Shown here piece after piece: positions 24,901 through 39,900 of a stretch of DNA of 64,000 bases. Origin of the DNA: Cyanophora paradoxa CCMP329. Its lineage: Eukaryota > Plantae > Glaucophyta. The translations under genes were made by a program, and so were the position numbers. The notes under the pieces were generated by a model. That model did no database searches and was not told the DNA's origin. It saw only the letters and a list, made by a program, of their open reading frames with translations. The stretch spans positions 1-64,000 of the forward strand of contig QPMI01000643.1 of the NCBI GenBank assembly GCA_004431415.1, in the 5' to 3' direction. Numbering within the stretch: the stretch's first letter is position 1; each line of letters opens with the position of its first letter.

Positions 24901-27900
24901 TCGTATGCGGCTGGCCAGCTACCCTACGACGTCTCCTTCGAGGCGATCAAAGTTCTGGACAAGGTCCTCTGGGACTACCAGACGAACCTCGGTGCTGCAA
25001 CTGGCGTTGTGTGCGTAGCCTCTGCTGCATATATAACGTCATGCCGCAAACGCACGCTTTGCGTTGAGGGTCGCAATCGTGCAGGACTGCAACGCCACTC
25101 GCGCCAACGGTGCAGGCGAGTAATCCTACCGTCCACACCATCGACGTAAAAGTCATCTACCCCGACGTTGACTACCGAGAGATTATCTTGGCCGTTGTCT
25201 ACCGGAAGGGGGGCTCTGGCCCCGATGCAGACACGTGGAAGATCGCGCACAGCCGCCCCACGGCCACGGGCAGCAACGGGATCCTTGCCGACGGTAACGA
25301 GAGGTACAGCACCTTCACCGACAGTGGCCTGGAGTACGGCACGGAGTACACGTACAAGGCCACCTTCTCCCTCGCCAGCGGCATCACGTCCGACGAGTCT
25401 GCGCCAGAGTCCGAGACGACGCTCTTTCCCGGAATTGCGCCCCCCTCTATCACCGAGCTGGTCTCTGTCTCTGAGACGAGTGCGTGATCATGCGTGCTGG
25501 CTCCGAACGTTCACTCACCAGCCGTTATCCCCAGGCGCCAAGTTCAACTTTTCAGTTGACTGGGCCTTCGGAGGCGGCGAAGGGTTGGCGGTCGCCCACG
25601 TATCCGTCTATCACTACGCGGTCGACCGCAGCACACTTCTTGCCGCCGACACGCGCAGCGGACTCCGAGGCACCGTCTCCTCCCCGCACCTCGCGTTCAC
25701 CGACACTTCACTCGTCGCGGGATCGATATACGACTACGTGTTGATCTCCAAGGCCGCCCCGCCGAGCCCTCTGTCGTCGCTAGAGTCGAGCCCGAAGTTC
25801 CGCGTCGTCACCCTTCCGAAGCCACCTGTACTCGCTCAGACCAACCCTGGTCGGGACTGGAATTACGTCGAAATCAGCATCTCGCCACCGACCGGGCATT
25901 CGGCGCTTGTGGCCGTCGGGCTGCGCCTCTATCGAAAGTACGAAACTGGAGCCGAGACTGCGATCTACGAGGAGATCGGACATGTGCCGTCTCAGGGAAC
26001 TTTCGACTCTGCCGAGCTCCGGAACGCAACCGACGACGAGGTTCTTCCGGGCCGCGTCGTCCTCTACTCTGCCGAGTACGCCGTCGCTACGAGCTTTTGG
26101 CCCGCGACCACCTTCTCGACGTCCCGCCGCTCGACGACTCTTTACGTCTACTCGCCGCCGGGGCGGCCCGCGCTGAACGAGAAGGCGCGGAACGCGACGA
26201 GCGCGACGTACGAGATCGTCTGCCCCGCAAACTATGAGCAGCAGTACATTGTCTCGGCCAGCGTTTACTGCAACCGGACGCTGCAAGGCACCGTCTTTGC
26301 GTGCAAGGACTCGGCCACCACGACATTCGTTGCAACGGGACCGCCCGGCCACGCCATCGAGTGCTACGCCGTACTGGATGGCCGATACGGCACAACCTCG
26401 CTGCCGTCCCCGTCGATCAACTCGCTCCTGCCACCCTCTCCCCCGACTCTTGCTTCCACCGAGGCGAAGGGGGATCGCGTGAATGTAACTATTTCGTTGC
26501 CAACTGATGGCAGCGACGCCTTCGTCACTGGCATGTACCTGCTCCGCCGCGACCCGAACGGTGACAGCGTCACCGTCGGCGGCACAACGGGACCCGACGG
26601 CACGTCTCCGGGCTGGTTCCCTGGTCCGGGCCCGTGGGAAGTGGCTGACACCGCCAACGTGAAGCCCGGTCAGCAGTACGAGTACTTCGCCTGGCTGAGT
26701 TCCGTTGACGGGTTGACGTCGGCGGACTCTGAGCCGCTGTTCGTGTGGACGCCCGTTTCTGCTCCAGTTGTAGGCTACGTTGCGGGGTCCGCGACAGCCT
26801 TCACCCTGTCTGTCATTGTGGACCTGGCCCGCGACGGCTCGGCGGGAGCGGCCATCACTGTTTACGTGTACCGTGGCTCGATCCTCATTCAGGAGTTCCC
26901 GGCAGACGAGGCACCCGTGTCCATCGTTGATCGCGGCCTCGATGCAGGTGCGCATTCCGAGTTGGCTCTGCTCCGATGCTGCTGTTTCGTCGGCTTATAA
27001 ATGTTGTGCCATTGCAGGTCGCGGCTACAACTACACCGCTGTCGTCTTGGGACAGGGGCAGCTCTGGTCTGAGTACGCAAAGCCAGCGGAGGGGACGACG
27101 ATCCCCCCACCTCCGCTTCTCTCGCCTTACTCGGTGACCTCCAGCACGTGCTACATTCTGGTGTCTATTCCATATGGCATCTCAGCGAGCCAGGTTGCGC
27201 TCTACACCATTCTGCGTGTAATCTCGGCCAACGGAACCGAGTTCGTTGATCATATCACCGCGATCTCCGAGCCGTCGACCATCTTCCAGGACGCGGACCG
27301 CCATGCGGGCACGAACTACACCTACGTCGCGACTCTCCGCTCCTTCTGGGGCGTCGACTCGAGCTTGTCTCTCCCGCTGCGGATGACTACTGCACCGGAA
27401 CCGCCGATTATTTCCATCACAGCGAACTCAGAGATCCTGCCCACGCACATCCCGCTTCATGTCTTCTACCAGATGAAGCCAGGCGCCGAAGCCGTTGTCT
27501 TGACTCGGATTCTTCGCAACGATACAGTTGTGGACTACGGCTCGGCTTCCACAGATTTGCTGCTGAACGTCTCCACGGTGCCAGGCACTCTTTACGAGTT
27601 CATCGCCTACTACGAAGGCTTTGGTGGCTCGATCTCGCTCAACTCGAGCCTTATCGCTCGGTCTGCGCCTTCTCCGCCCTCCGTCCGGATCCTGTCGGCA
27701 TCCATCGAAACCATGAATCTCAACATCGATTTCCCCACTGACGGCAGCACGACCGACGCAAAAGGCATCATTCTCGAGCGCAACGGCGTCGCGCACGACA
27801 CCGTTCAACCTGGGCCCTACACAGACAGAGACACACAGCCAGGAACACTGTACACTTACAGGGCGTACATCGAAACGGTCGTCGAGGGCGTGGTGTCGCC

Positions 27901-30900
27901 TTGGTCGCCGTCCGTCTCAAACTACTCTCAGATTTACGCGCCCATTATCACTGTCGACAACTCGACGGCGTCGCCGGCGATCGCTTCGACCAGTGTACGG
28001 GTCGCGATTGACTACCGGACAAACGCGAATCGCGAGGCAGTCGTTCTCGTCCGCCTGTTTCGAGACGGGAGGGAGGTTGAATCAGCAGCAGACTTGCTCA
28101 CTGCAGATTCTTTAACCGATTCCACCGCAACTCCGGGCCAGCAGTACACGTACCACGCGCAATTCAACGGTCCTGCTGATATCATATCGGACTTTTCAAA
28201 TCCTCTCGTTGTCGTGACACCTCCATCCAAGCCAATCCTCTCTCTGGTCTCTGCAAGCGACGACACCATCGTACTGCACATCGATCCGCCTTCGGACGGA
28301 AGCGCCGCCTCTCCGGACCTGACTGCCGTGCTCTTTCTTATTCGCGTCTATCCAAATGGGACACAGTCGAGCCCCGTTTTGCTGAACGGCGACTTCGGCA
28401 AACTCCCTCATGGACTCGACCATCGGGACGCCGGCCTAGATCCGGGCACGGGCTACGTGTACGAAGCGTTCTTTGAGATTGCGACAGGAGTTTTCTCGCC
28501 GTACTCCGACGGCCTCTCGGCCTTCACTGCTCCTTCCCGGCCCTCCTTATTCATCGATTACAGCCTCGTCGACGATCCTGAAAGGAGCTCTGTGACGGAC
28601 ACCGCTGCGCCCCTGTTAATCAGTCTGCCCGCCGACGGGAGCGCAAGGGTCGCCGAAGGCATCATTATTTATCGGAACGGCTCCGAGGTAGCCTCACGCG
28701 TGAAGGACCAGCTCTCGTGGGAGGACGTGCAGCTTTCGCCGGCCGACCTGTACATGTACACGGCACGCTTGACAACGAACATGAGCACAGTCTTCTCACC
28801 GCTCTCCACCGACCGGACTGTCGTTGCGGCTCCAAGCCCTCCAATTCTTGGAGACCCTGTTCCTTACCCCGAGCGGAGAATCACTGTTCCCGTCATGGTC
28901 TCTACTGGAGTCGGCAGCGCGAACATCATTGCAATCGAACGGACAGACTGTTACCGGAAGAACCCCGATGGCACTGAAGTCTTCGTTACATCGCTTGCGC
29001 GGAGTGTCTACGAGCTGAACGACAACGATGACACCGATCTCTGCAGCGGCTCGACCTACCAATACTGGTGCTTCTTCCGCGCAGATGACGGGAACGGGCG
29101 GCTGACGGAAAGCGGGAAGTCCAACGTCGTCAGCGTGACCTTGCAGCCTAGCGAGCCCTCCATCAAGCTATTGAACCTGCCTCAGCGGGATCCTTCCAGC
29201 GGGCCGCAGCCGCAAACAGCGCTCTCTCTGACCCTTACCATCTCGGATGAGGAGAGCGCCGCATGGACCAACGGCACACGCATCGTCTGCAACGGCACGA
29301 TTATCGTGTTCCTCGAGCGGGGCCAGCTGGCGGGCCTCGTTCCTGGCTTGCTCCCTGCCACGCTCTACGAGTGCCGTGCAACGCTCCAATCCCCTTCGGG
29401 CGATTCGGAGCCGTCCATCCCAGCTCTGCTTTCGACCTTGCCCGCGACCAGTCCTGCGACGACCTGGAACGTGCTGCCCGGAGGTGGTAACACAAACTCC
29501 ACAGCCATCTGGCTCCGGATCGAGGTGCCGGTTATCTTTGGAATCGAGGTCCGCCTCGTGCGGGTCTACCGGCGCACCGGCGATTTAGTGTCGCTTGTTA
29601 CAGCTTTCGAGCACTCGGCTGCCAGCCGCCGCTCTCTGATGGCGTCCAGCGTGATCCAGTTCGAGACGATTGAAGGCGGGCTGATCCCCGGCAAGCCGTC
29701 CGTGTACTATTCGGACTACACAACTCAGGGCGGGTCCTCGGTGCCCAGCAAAGCGATAACAGCTTGGACCGCTCCAGGATCTCCCCACGTTATGCTGGTT
29801 GCGCGCTCGTCGACCTCAGTGACGCTCCAAATCACGCCTACCGCCGGCGGCAGCGTCATCTCGTACACGCGCGTCTTCCGAAACGGGCGCGAGCTGTCGT
29901 GCTCTGGCAAGGGAACAATCTACAACTGTACCGACTCCAACAGTCCTGGCAAGTTTTACGAGTATCAGGCGCAGTATAGGGTCCGTCTATTCAGTACTCG
30001 TGCGTCAGCCATTTTGCGGGATCTGACCTTGCCTGCGGCAGGGCCGGGGGAATGAGGACGACCAGACTCTCGGCGAGCCCTCATCTCCGATCGAGCTCTG
30101 GACCAATGTGACCGCTCCCACACTGGTCTACAGCTCCTCGACGGAATCGGCGATCTCGGTTGTGGTCGACTACTCAGCCCTCATAGATGATGACAGTTAC
30201 AGCGCCGCCGTGAATCTTTCCGTGCAACGGCCAGACCTACCCGACGAGACCCGCTTTTCTGGTTTGCCAGAGTCCTTTTCGGACACCAGCCTGCAGCCAG
30301 GCACGCTATACAACTTCACGGCCACCATCTGGGGCAAAGGCGATACCGTTTCGGATTTTTCCGAGGCGCTCCCCGTTCGTACCGCGCCATCGGCTCCTGA
30401 AATTGTAATTGTCGGCGCAACCAACAGCTGTGTGACCATCGGGCTCGAGCTTCCCACCGATGGCAGCACGACAGATGTTGATCGCGTCTTGCTCTACCGG
30501 GTCCGGGGAGATCAACCTTTCGACGAAGTGATCGCGCCGATCGCAATTCCAATTGCAAGCACCGAACTGGCTACGACCAGCATGTACACGGATTGCTCGA
30601 ATTTAGAGCCGGGCACCGAGTACCGTTACTGGGTTCGCTGGTTTCCGTCAATGAATTTAGTGCAATGTGCTGGAGAATCGATCTGACGCTTTCTTGCAGG
30701 CAAAGCTCGCGACGCCCGAGGAGAGCTTCAGCTATGGCGTGACCTCCAAATCTTCAGATACATTCAGAGTGGTCACGGCGCCAAACCCACCCGTCCTCAA
30801 CGTTGCGTACACGAGCTTGCAGCCCCTGATTTCCGACATCTCATGCACCTCCATTCACATCGTCATTGCGCCGTCTACCCCTGGTTGGGAAGGGTCGAAT

Positions 30901-33900
30901 GGAACCAAAATTTACAGAGACGGCGAGTCAACTCCAGTTACATTCCTTGGGAGAGGAGTTACTGACTTTGTGGATAGCGGCCTCGCGTGCGGAACACCCC
31001 ATGTTTACATCGCAGTCTTTACTACAGACACTGCACCAATTGAGGTCGAGTCGAAACCGTCGGAACCGCTTCTTTTGTATACAGCCGTGCCGCCACCAAC
31101 TTTGCGTCTTGATGGCACTTCGACCATCCCCTCGCTCAATATCTCCATTCCTTTCCCTCCCGGAGATAACGCAAGCGTTGTGACGGGGCTACACTGCGAG
31201 GCAGATGATACTGGCTTCACTGCTCTTCCTCCACCCGATTTCTTCAGCTTAACGGCCGGTCGCATCTATGCAGCCTCTCCGGATGTTGCGTTTGCATCGA
31301 CGCACACGTTTACTTGTTGGTTCGGTGGCTTGAACGACACTCCGAGGCTCGGAGCGCGGACTCCGGTATCTTGACTGTTGTTCTACCGCCTGACAGGCCG
31401 GTGTTGAACCTGGTGCCGCTCAACTCGACAAGCATGGAAATCAAGATCAGCATCCCCGACGGGCCCAGCGCTGCCGTCACGAACGGGACGCTGGTGACAT
31501 GCAACGGGACCACGTACGGCATGACGGCGGGCCAGCGATCGCTGGTCTTGACGGGCCTGCTGCCGGGCTCGCTCTACACGTGCGAGGCGGTGCTGGACTC
31601 GCCGGCGGGCAGGTCGGAGCCGTCGGACTCGGAGCCTGCGGCGGGGAGACCTGGGTCGCAGCCGACGCCGGTGCAGCTGCCAAAGGCGAGCCAGCCGTCG
31701 GTGACAGTGAAGGACGTCAACAGCACGGCGGTCGTGATGCGGGTGATGGTGCCAGCAGTTGGCGGGGTGCAGCCGAAGACGATTCGCGTGTACCGGGCGT
31801 CCAGTGGAGGCGCCGAGGAGCTGGTTGCGGAGGTCGCCGCAGCAACGGAGACGCAACTGGACGACGCAGGACGCACGCCGGGCACTCTCTACACGTACTT
31901 TGCGGAGTACACGACGCAGGGCGAGCCGTCGAGCAGGAGCGACTGGGTGGCGGGCCGCACGGCGCCATCAGCACCGGACCTGACACCGACGGTTCGGTCG
32001 GCAACGAATGTGACGTTTACGATTGCGTCGCCGGATGCGACGTCGCCACCGCTGTCGATCGAGCACGTCCAGGCAACAGCCGTGCTCCGGAACGGCACAG
32101 CGGTCGGGGCCTGCTCGCGGTCGGGAGCTGTGACCGAGTGCACGGACACGGGGGTGTATCCCGGCTTGGTGTACGTGTACACGGTGCAGTACAAGGGGCT
32201 CGGTGTGGGCGGGACGGTCCTGGAGAGCACAGGCGGCGAGCACTCGCTGTCGGGCGTCTCGCAGCTGACGGTGAAGACCGGCGTGCCGCCGGCACCGGAG
32301 CTGCACGCGACGGGCATCACGGACACGACCAGCGTCATCAACGCGGCCCTGCCGACGGACGGTAGCGCCGCCACGATTCTCAAGGTCGTCGTGACGCGCT
32401 TCTTCGAGGGTGCCAGCACCACGTGGGAGCTTGACAAGGGCGCCCCCTCTCGCAAACCGAGCGGCCGCCCGGGTCGACGGCGACCTACACTGCGTACTTC
32501 ACGACCAACGGGGCGAGCTCGGCGACCTGTGCGCCGTACACTGTGACGCAGCTGCCGCCGGCGACGCCGAAAATCACGGCTCTGCTGCCGCTGGACACGT
32601 CCTCGACCTCCATCACTGCAACGGTGGTGTTCGCGAGTGACCTGCCACGCTTCGTCACAGCGATCAGGATCTGGCGCGATAGCACGGAGCTGGAGTCAAT
32701 TGCGATCACACCGTCCGGCACAGGACCGCTCTCGTACAGCCTGTTCGACACGCTGCTTGCCCCGGGCAAGCAGTACACGTACACGGCGCGGCTCGTGACG
32801 CAGTACGCGGACTCGGCAGAAGCGTCGGCCTCGAAGACGACAGAACAGGCGCTGGCGCCAACTGTGGATCCCACGCCGCAGTCGGCGACGGCGGTCAACG
32901 TGGCAGTGAGCCGCGGAGGAGCCGACGCCGGCCGCATCGACGCTGCGAGCTTGACCATCACCCGGAGCGGAGAGAACGCTGGGGACAGCGCGACCGAGCA
33001 TTTGTCGGGGGCGGGCCCCTGGACGTGGAGCGACGTCGGTCTCGTGGCGGGCCGCCTGTACACGTACACGGCAACGTACGCGACCCGTGGGCAGAGGCTG
33101 CACGACGACGGGGCGGACTCGCTGACGAGCACGGCCATCAGCGTGCGAACGGCGCCGTCGGCGCCGTCGCTGAGCCTCTGCGCGAGCAGCGCGGCGGTGA
33201 ACGTGACGGTGGGGTACCCAAGCGACGCGACGAGCGACGTCTCTTACGTGTTGGTGTACCGCTCGCCTCAGTGGGGCGGCTTGGGGTCCAAGGCGTGCTG
33301 CAACAACGGCGGCACGCTGTTCGCGGACTCGGAGGTCTCGCCAGGGGCGACGTATTCGTACACGGCAAAGCTGGTGACGAGCACAAGCAGCGCGTCGGAG
33401 GGCGTGGAGTCGGCGCTCTCGGCCCGGCGGTCAACATTACGACAGCGCCCAAGAGGCCGTCTGTGCAGTCGGGAGACAAGACGAAGCTGAAGGAGAAGAG
33501 CGTCGAGATCGAGATCCATCCGGCGGAGGGCTGGGAGGGCGCGGAGCGCATCAATGTGTACCGGAGCGATGGAGCCGTGTACCACATCTCGATCGGCAGC
33601 CTCGCGCGCAAGGTGAAGAGCGGCAAGACCGTCTACACATGGGAGGACAGGGACGAGTCGCTGAAGCCGGGCTCGAAGTACACGTACCGAGTGGAGCTGG
33701 AGACACCAGCGTACCCGGGCAGCTGCAGCGTGAAGTCGGGCGAGTCGGGCGAGGGCGAGGTGTGGACGGCGGTGCCTGCCCCGCAGCCTGTCGTGCAGGG
33801 GACGTCAGCGAGCCCGTCGGCGACGGTCAGCGTGCCGCTGCCGACCGACGGGAACGCATCCGCCGTGGAGGTCACGAAGTGCAGGCGGGCGCCGAGCACG

Positions 33901-36900
33901 GACTACTTTGTGGTGACGGACCAGCAGTTCTCGCAGGCGTCGGCTGATGGCATCGACCACGCGACGACGTACACGTACTACTGCATCTTCGAGGGAAAGG
34001 GCGGCACGGTGAGCGAGGAGGGCCTGGTGACGGTCACGACGCCGCCTGACAGGCCGGTGCTAAACCTGGTGCCGCTCAACTCGACAAGCATGGAAATCAA
34101 GATCAGCATCCCCGACGGGCCCAGCGCTGCCGTCACGAACGGGACGCTGGTGACATGCAACGGGACCACGTACGGCATGACGGCGGGCCAGCGATCGCTG
34201 GTCTTGACGGGCCTGCTGCCGGGCTCGCTCTACACGTGCGAGGCGGTGCTGGACTCGCCGGCGGGCAGGTCGGAGCCGTCGGACTCGGAGCCTGCGGCGG
34301 GGAGACCTGGGTCGCAGCCGACGCCGGTGCAGCTGCCAAAGGCGAGCCAGCCGTCGGTGACAGTGAAGGACGTCAACAGCACGGCGGTCGTGATGCGGGT
34401 GATGGTGCCAGCAGTTGGCGGGGTGCAGCCGAAGACGATTCGCGTGTACCGGGCGTCCAGTGGAGGCGCCGAGGAGCTGGTTGCGGAGGTCGCCGCAGCA
34501 ACGGAGACGCAACTGGACGACGCAGGACGCACGCCGGGCACTCTCTACACGTACTTTGCGGAGTACACGACGCAGGGCGAGCCGTCGAGCAGGAGCGACT
34601 GGGTGGCGGGCCGCACGGCGCCATCAGCACCGGACCTGACACCGACGGTTCGGTCGGCAACGAATGTGACGTTTACGATTGCGTCGCCGGATGCGACGTC
34701 GCCACCGCTGTCGATCGAGCACGTCCAGGCAACAGCCGTGCTCCGGAACGGCACAGCGGTCGGGGCCTGCTCGCGGTCGGGAGCTGTGACCGAGTGCACG
34801 GACACGGGGGTGTATCCCGGCTTGGTGTACGTGTACACGGTGCAGTACAAGGGGCTCGGTGTGGGCGGGACGGTCCTGGAGAGCACAGGCGGCGAGCACT
34901 CGCTGTCGGGCGTCTCGCAGCTGACGGTGAAGACCGGCGTGCCGCCGGCACCGGAGCTGCACGCGACGGGCATCACGGACACGACCAGCGTCATCAACGC
35001 GGCCCTGCCGACGGACGGTAGCGCCGCCACGATTCTCAAGGTCGTCGTGACGCGCTTCTTCGAGGGTGCCAGCACCACGTGGGAGCTTGACAAGGGCGCC
35101 CCCCTCTCGCAAACCGAGCGGCCGCCCGGGTCGACGGCGACCTACACTGCGTACTTCACGACCAACGGGGCGAGCTCGGCGACCTGTGCGCCGTACACTG
35201 TGACGCAGCTGCCGCCGGCGACGCCGAAAATCACGGCTCTGCTGCCGCTGGACACGTCCTCGACCTCCATCACTGCAACGGTGGTGTTCGCGAGTGACCT
35301 GCCACGCTTCGTCACAGCGATCAGGATCTGGCGCGATAGCACGGAGCTGGAGTCAATTGCGATCACACCGTCCGGCACAGGACCGCTCTCGTACAGCCTG
35401 TTCGACACGCTGCTTGCCCCGGGCAAGCAGTACACGTACACGGCGCGGCTCGTGACGCAGTACGCGGACTCGGCAGAAGCGTCGGCCTCGAAGACGACAG
35501 AACAGGCGCTGGCGCCAACTGTGGATCCCACGCCGCAGTCGGCGACGGCGGTCAACGTGGCAGTGAGCCGCGGAGGAGCCGACGCCGGCCGCATCGACGC
35601 TGCGAGCTTGACCATCACCCGGAGCGGAGAGAACGCTGGGGACAGCGCGACCGAGCATTTGTCGGGGGCGGGCCCCTGGACGTGGAGCGACGTCGGTCTC
35701 GTGGCGGGCCGCCTGTACACGTACACGGCAACGTACGCGACCCGTGGGCAGAGGCTGCACGACGACGGGGCGGACTCGCTGACGAGCACGGCCATCAGCG
35801 TGCGAACGGCGCCGTCGGCGCCGTCGCTGAGCCTCTGCGCGAGCAGCGCGGCGGTGAACGTGACGGTGGGGTACCCAAGCGACGCGACGAGCGACGTCTC
35901 TTACGTGTTGGTGTACCGCTCGCCTCAGTGGGCGGCTTGGGGTCCAAGGCGTGCTGCAACAACGGCGGCACGCTGTTCGCGGACTCGGAGGTCTCGCCAG
36001 GGGCGACGTATTCGTACACGGCAAAGCTGGTGACGAGCACAAGCAGCGCGTCGGAGGGCGTGGAGTCGGCGCTCTCGGGCCCGGCGGTCAACATTACGAC
36101 AGCGCCCAAGAGGCCGTCTGTGCAGTCGGGAGACAAGACGAAGCTGAAGGAGAAGAGCGTCGAGATCGAGATCCATCCGGCGGAGGGCTGGGAGGGCGCG
36201 GAGCGCATCAATGTGTACCGGAGCGATGGAGCCGTGTACCACATCTCGATCGGCAGCCTCGCGCGCAAGGTGAAGAGCGGCAAGACCGTCTACACATGGG
36301 AGGACAGGGACGAGTCGCTGAAGCCGGGCTCGAAGTACACGTACCGAGTGGAGCTGGAGACACCAGCGTACCCGGGCAGCTGCAGCGTGAAGTCGGGCGA
36401 GTCGGGCGAGGGCGAGGTGTGGACGGCGGTGCCTGCCCCGCAGCCTGTCGTGCAGGGACGTCAGCGAGCCCGTCGGCGACGGTCAGCGTGCCGCTGCCGA
36501 CCGACGGGAACGCATCCGCCGTGGAGGTCACGAAGTGCAGGCGGGCGCCGAGCACGGACTACTTTGTGGTGACGGACCAGCAGTTCTCGCAGGCGTCGGC
36601 TGATGGCATCGACCACGCGACGACGTACACGTACTACTGCATCTTCGAGGGAAAGGGCGGCACGGTGAGCGAGGAGGGCCTGGTGACGGTCACGACGCCG
36701 CCTGACAGGCCGGTGCTAAACCTGGTGCCGCTCAACTCGACAAGCATGGAAATCAAGATCAGCATCCCCGACGGGCCCAGCGCCGCCGTCACGAACGGGA
36801 CGCTGGTGACATGCAACGGGACCACGTACGGCATGACGGCGGGCCAGCGATCGCTGGTCTTGACGGGCCTGCTGCCGGGCTCGCTCTACACGTGCGAGGC

Positions 36901-39900
36901 GGTGCTGGACTCGCCGGCGGGCAGGTCGGAGCCGTCGGACTCGGAGCCTGCGGCGGGGAGACCTGGGTCGCAGCCGACGCCGGTGCAGCTGCCAAAGGCG
37001 AGCCAGCCGTCGGTGACAGTGAAGGACGTCAACAGCACGGCGGTCGTGATGCGGGTGATGGTGCCAGCAGTTGGCGGGGTGCAGCCGAAGACGATTCGCG
37101 TGTACCGGGCGTCCAGTGGAGGCGCCGAGGAGCTGGTTGCGGAGGTCGCCGCAGCAACGGAGACGCAACTGGACGACGCAGGACGCACGCCGGGCACTCT
37201 CTACACGTACTCTGCGGAGTACACGACGCAGGGCGAGCCGTCGAGCAGGAGCGACTGGGTGGCGGGCCGCACGGCGCCATCAGCACCGGACCTGACACCG
37301 ACGGTTCGGTCGGCAACGAATGTGACGTTTACGATTGCGTCGCCGGATGCAACGTCGCCGCCGCTGTCGATCGAGCACGTCCAGGCAACAGCCGTGCTCC
37401 GGAACGGCACAGCGGTCGGGGCCTGCTCGCGGTCGGGAGCTGTGACCGAGTGCATGGACACGGGGGTGTATCCCGGCTTGGTGTACGTGTACACGGTGCA
37501 GTACAAGGGGCTCGGCGTGGGCGGGACGGTCCTGGAGAGCACAGGCGGCGAGCACTCGCTGTCGGGCGTCTCGCAGCTGACGGTGAAGACCGGCGTGCCG
37601 CCGGCACCGGAGCTGCACGCGACGGGCATCACGGACACGACCAGCGTCATCAACGCGGCCCTGCCGACGGACGGTAGCGCCGCCACGATTCTCAAGGTCG
37701 TCGTGACGCGCTTCTTCGAGGGTGCCAGCACCACGTGGGAGCTTGACAAGGGCGCCCCCCTCTCGCAAACCGAGCGGCCGCCCGGGTCGACGGCGACCTA
37801 CACTGCGTACTTCACGACCAACGGGGCGAGCTCGGCGACCTGTGCGCCGTACACTGTGACGCAGCTGCCGCCGGCGACGCCGACAATCACGGCTCTGCTG
37901 CCGCTGGACACGTCCTCGACCTCCATCACTGCAACGGTGGTGTTCGCGAGTGACCTGCCACGCTTCGTCACAGCGATCAGGATCTGGCGCGATAGCACGG
38001 AGCTGGAGTCGATTGCGATCACACCGTCCGGCACAGGACCGCTCTCGTACAGCCTGTTCGACACGCTGCTTGCCCCGGGCAAGCAGTACACGTACACGGC
38101 GCGGCTCGTGACGCAGTACGCGGACTCAGCAGAAGCGTCGGCCTCGAAGACGACAGAACAGGCGCTGGCGCCAACTGTGGATCCCACGCCGCAGTCGGCG
38201 ACGGCGGTCAACGTGGCAGTGAGCCGCGGAGGAGCCGACGCCGGCCGCATCGACGCTGCGAGCTTGACCATCACCCGGAGCGGAGAGAACGCTGGGGACA
38301 GCGCGACCAAGCATTTGTCGGGGGCGGGCCCCTGGACGTGGAGCGACGTTGGTCTCGTGGCGGGCCGCCTGTACACGTACACGGCAACGTACGCGACCCG
38401 CGGGCAGAGGCTGCACGACGACGGGGCGGACTCGCTGACGAGCACGGCCATCAGCGTGCGAACGGCGCCGTCGGCGCCGTCGCTGAGCCTCTGCGCGAGC
38501 AGCGCGGCGGTGAACGTGACGGTGGGGTACCCAAGCGACGCGACGAGCGACGTCTCTTACGTGTTGGTGTACCGCTCGCCTCAGTGGGGCGGCTTGGGGT
38601 CCAAGGCGTGCTGCAACAACGGCGGCACGCTGTTCGCGGACTCGGAGGTCTCGCCAGGGGCGACGTATTCGTACACGGCAAAGCTGGTGACGAGCACAAG
38701 CAGCGCGTCGGAGGGCGTGGAGTCGGCGCTCTCGGGCCCGGCGGTCAACATTACGACAGCGCCCAAGAGGCCGTCTGTGCAGTCGGGAGACAAGACGAAG
38801 CTGAAGGAGAAGAGCGTCGAGATCGAGATCCATCCGGCGGAGGGCTGGGAGGGCGCGGAGCGCATCAACGTGTACCGGAGCGATGGAGCCGTGTACCACA
38901 TCTCGATCGGCAGCCTCGTGCGCAAGGTGAAGAGCGGCAAGACCGTCTACACATGGGAGGACAGGGACGAGTCGCTGAAGCCGGGCTCGAAGTACACGTA
39001 CCGAGTGGAGCTGGAGACACCAGCGTACCCGGGCAGCTGCAGCGTGAAGTCGGGCGAGTCGGGCGAGGGCGAGGTGTGGACGGCGGTGCCTGCCCCGCAG
39101 CCTGTCGTGCAGGGGACGTCAGCGAGCCCGTCGGCGACGGTCAGCGTGCCGCTGCCGACCGACGGGAACGCATCCGCCGTGGAGGTCACGAAGTGCAGGC
39201 GGGCGCCGAGCACGGACTACTTTGTGGTGACGGACCAGCAGTTCTCGCAGGCGTCGGCTGATGGCATCGACCACGCGACGACGTACACGTACTACTGCAT
39301 CTTCGAGGGAAAGGGCGGCACGGTGAGCGAGGAGGGCCTGGTGACGGTCACGACGCCGCCTGACAGGCCGGTGCTAAACCTGGTGCCGCTCAACTCGACA
39401 AGCATGGAAATCAAGATCAGCATCCCCGACGGGCCCAGCGCCGCCGTCACGAACGGGACGCTGGTGACATGCAACGGGACCACGTACGGCATGACGGCGG
39501 GCCAGCGATCGCTGGTCGTGACGGGCCTGCTGCCGGGCTCGCTCTACACGTGCGAGGCGGTGCTGGACTCGCCGGCGGGCAGGTCGGAGCCGTCGGACTC
39601 GGAGCCTGCGGCGGGGAGACCTGGGTCGCAGCCGACGCCGGTGCAGCTGCCAAAGGCGAGCCAGCCGTCGGTGACAGTGAAGGACGTCAACAGCACGGCG
39701 GTCGTGATGCGGGTGATGGTGCCAGCAGTTGGCGGGGTGCAGCCGAAGACGATTCGCGTGTACCGGGCGTCCAGTGGAGGCGCCGAGGAGCTGGTTGCGG
39801 AGGTCGCCGCAGCAGCGGAGACGCAACTAGCCGACGCAGGACGCACGCCGGGCACTCTCTACACGTACTCTGCGGAGTACACGACGCAGGGCGAGCCGTC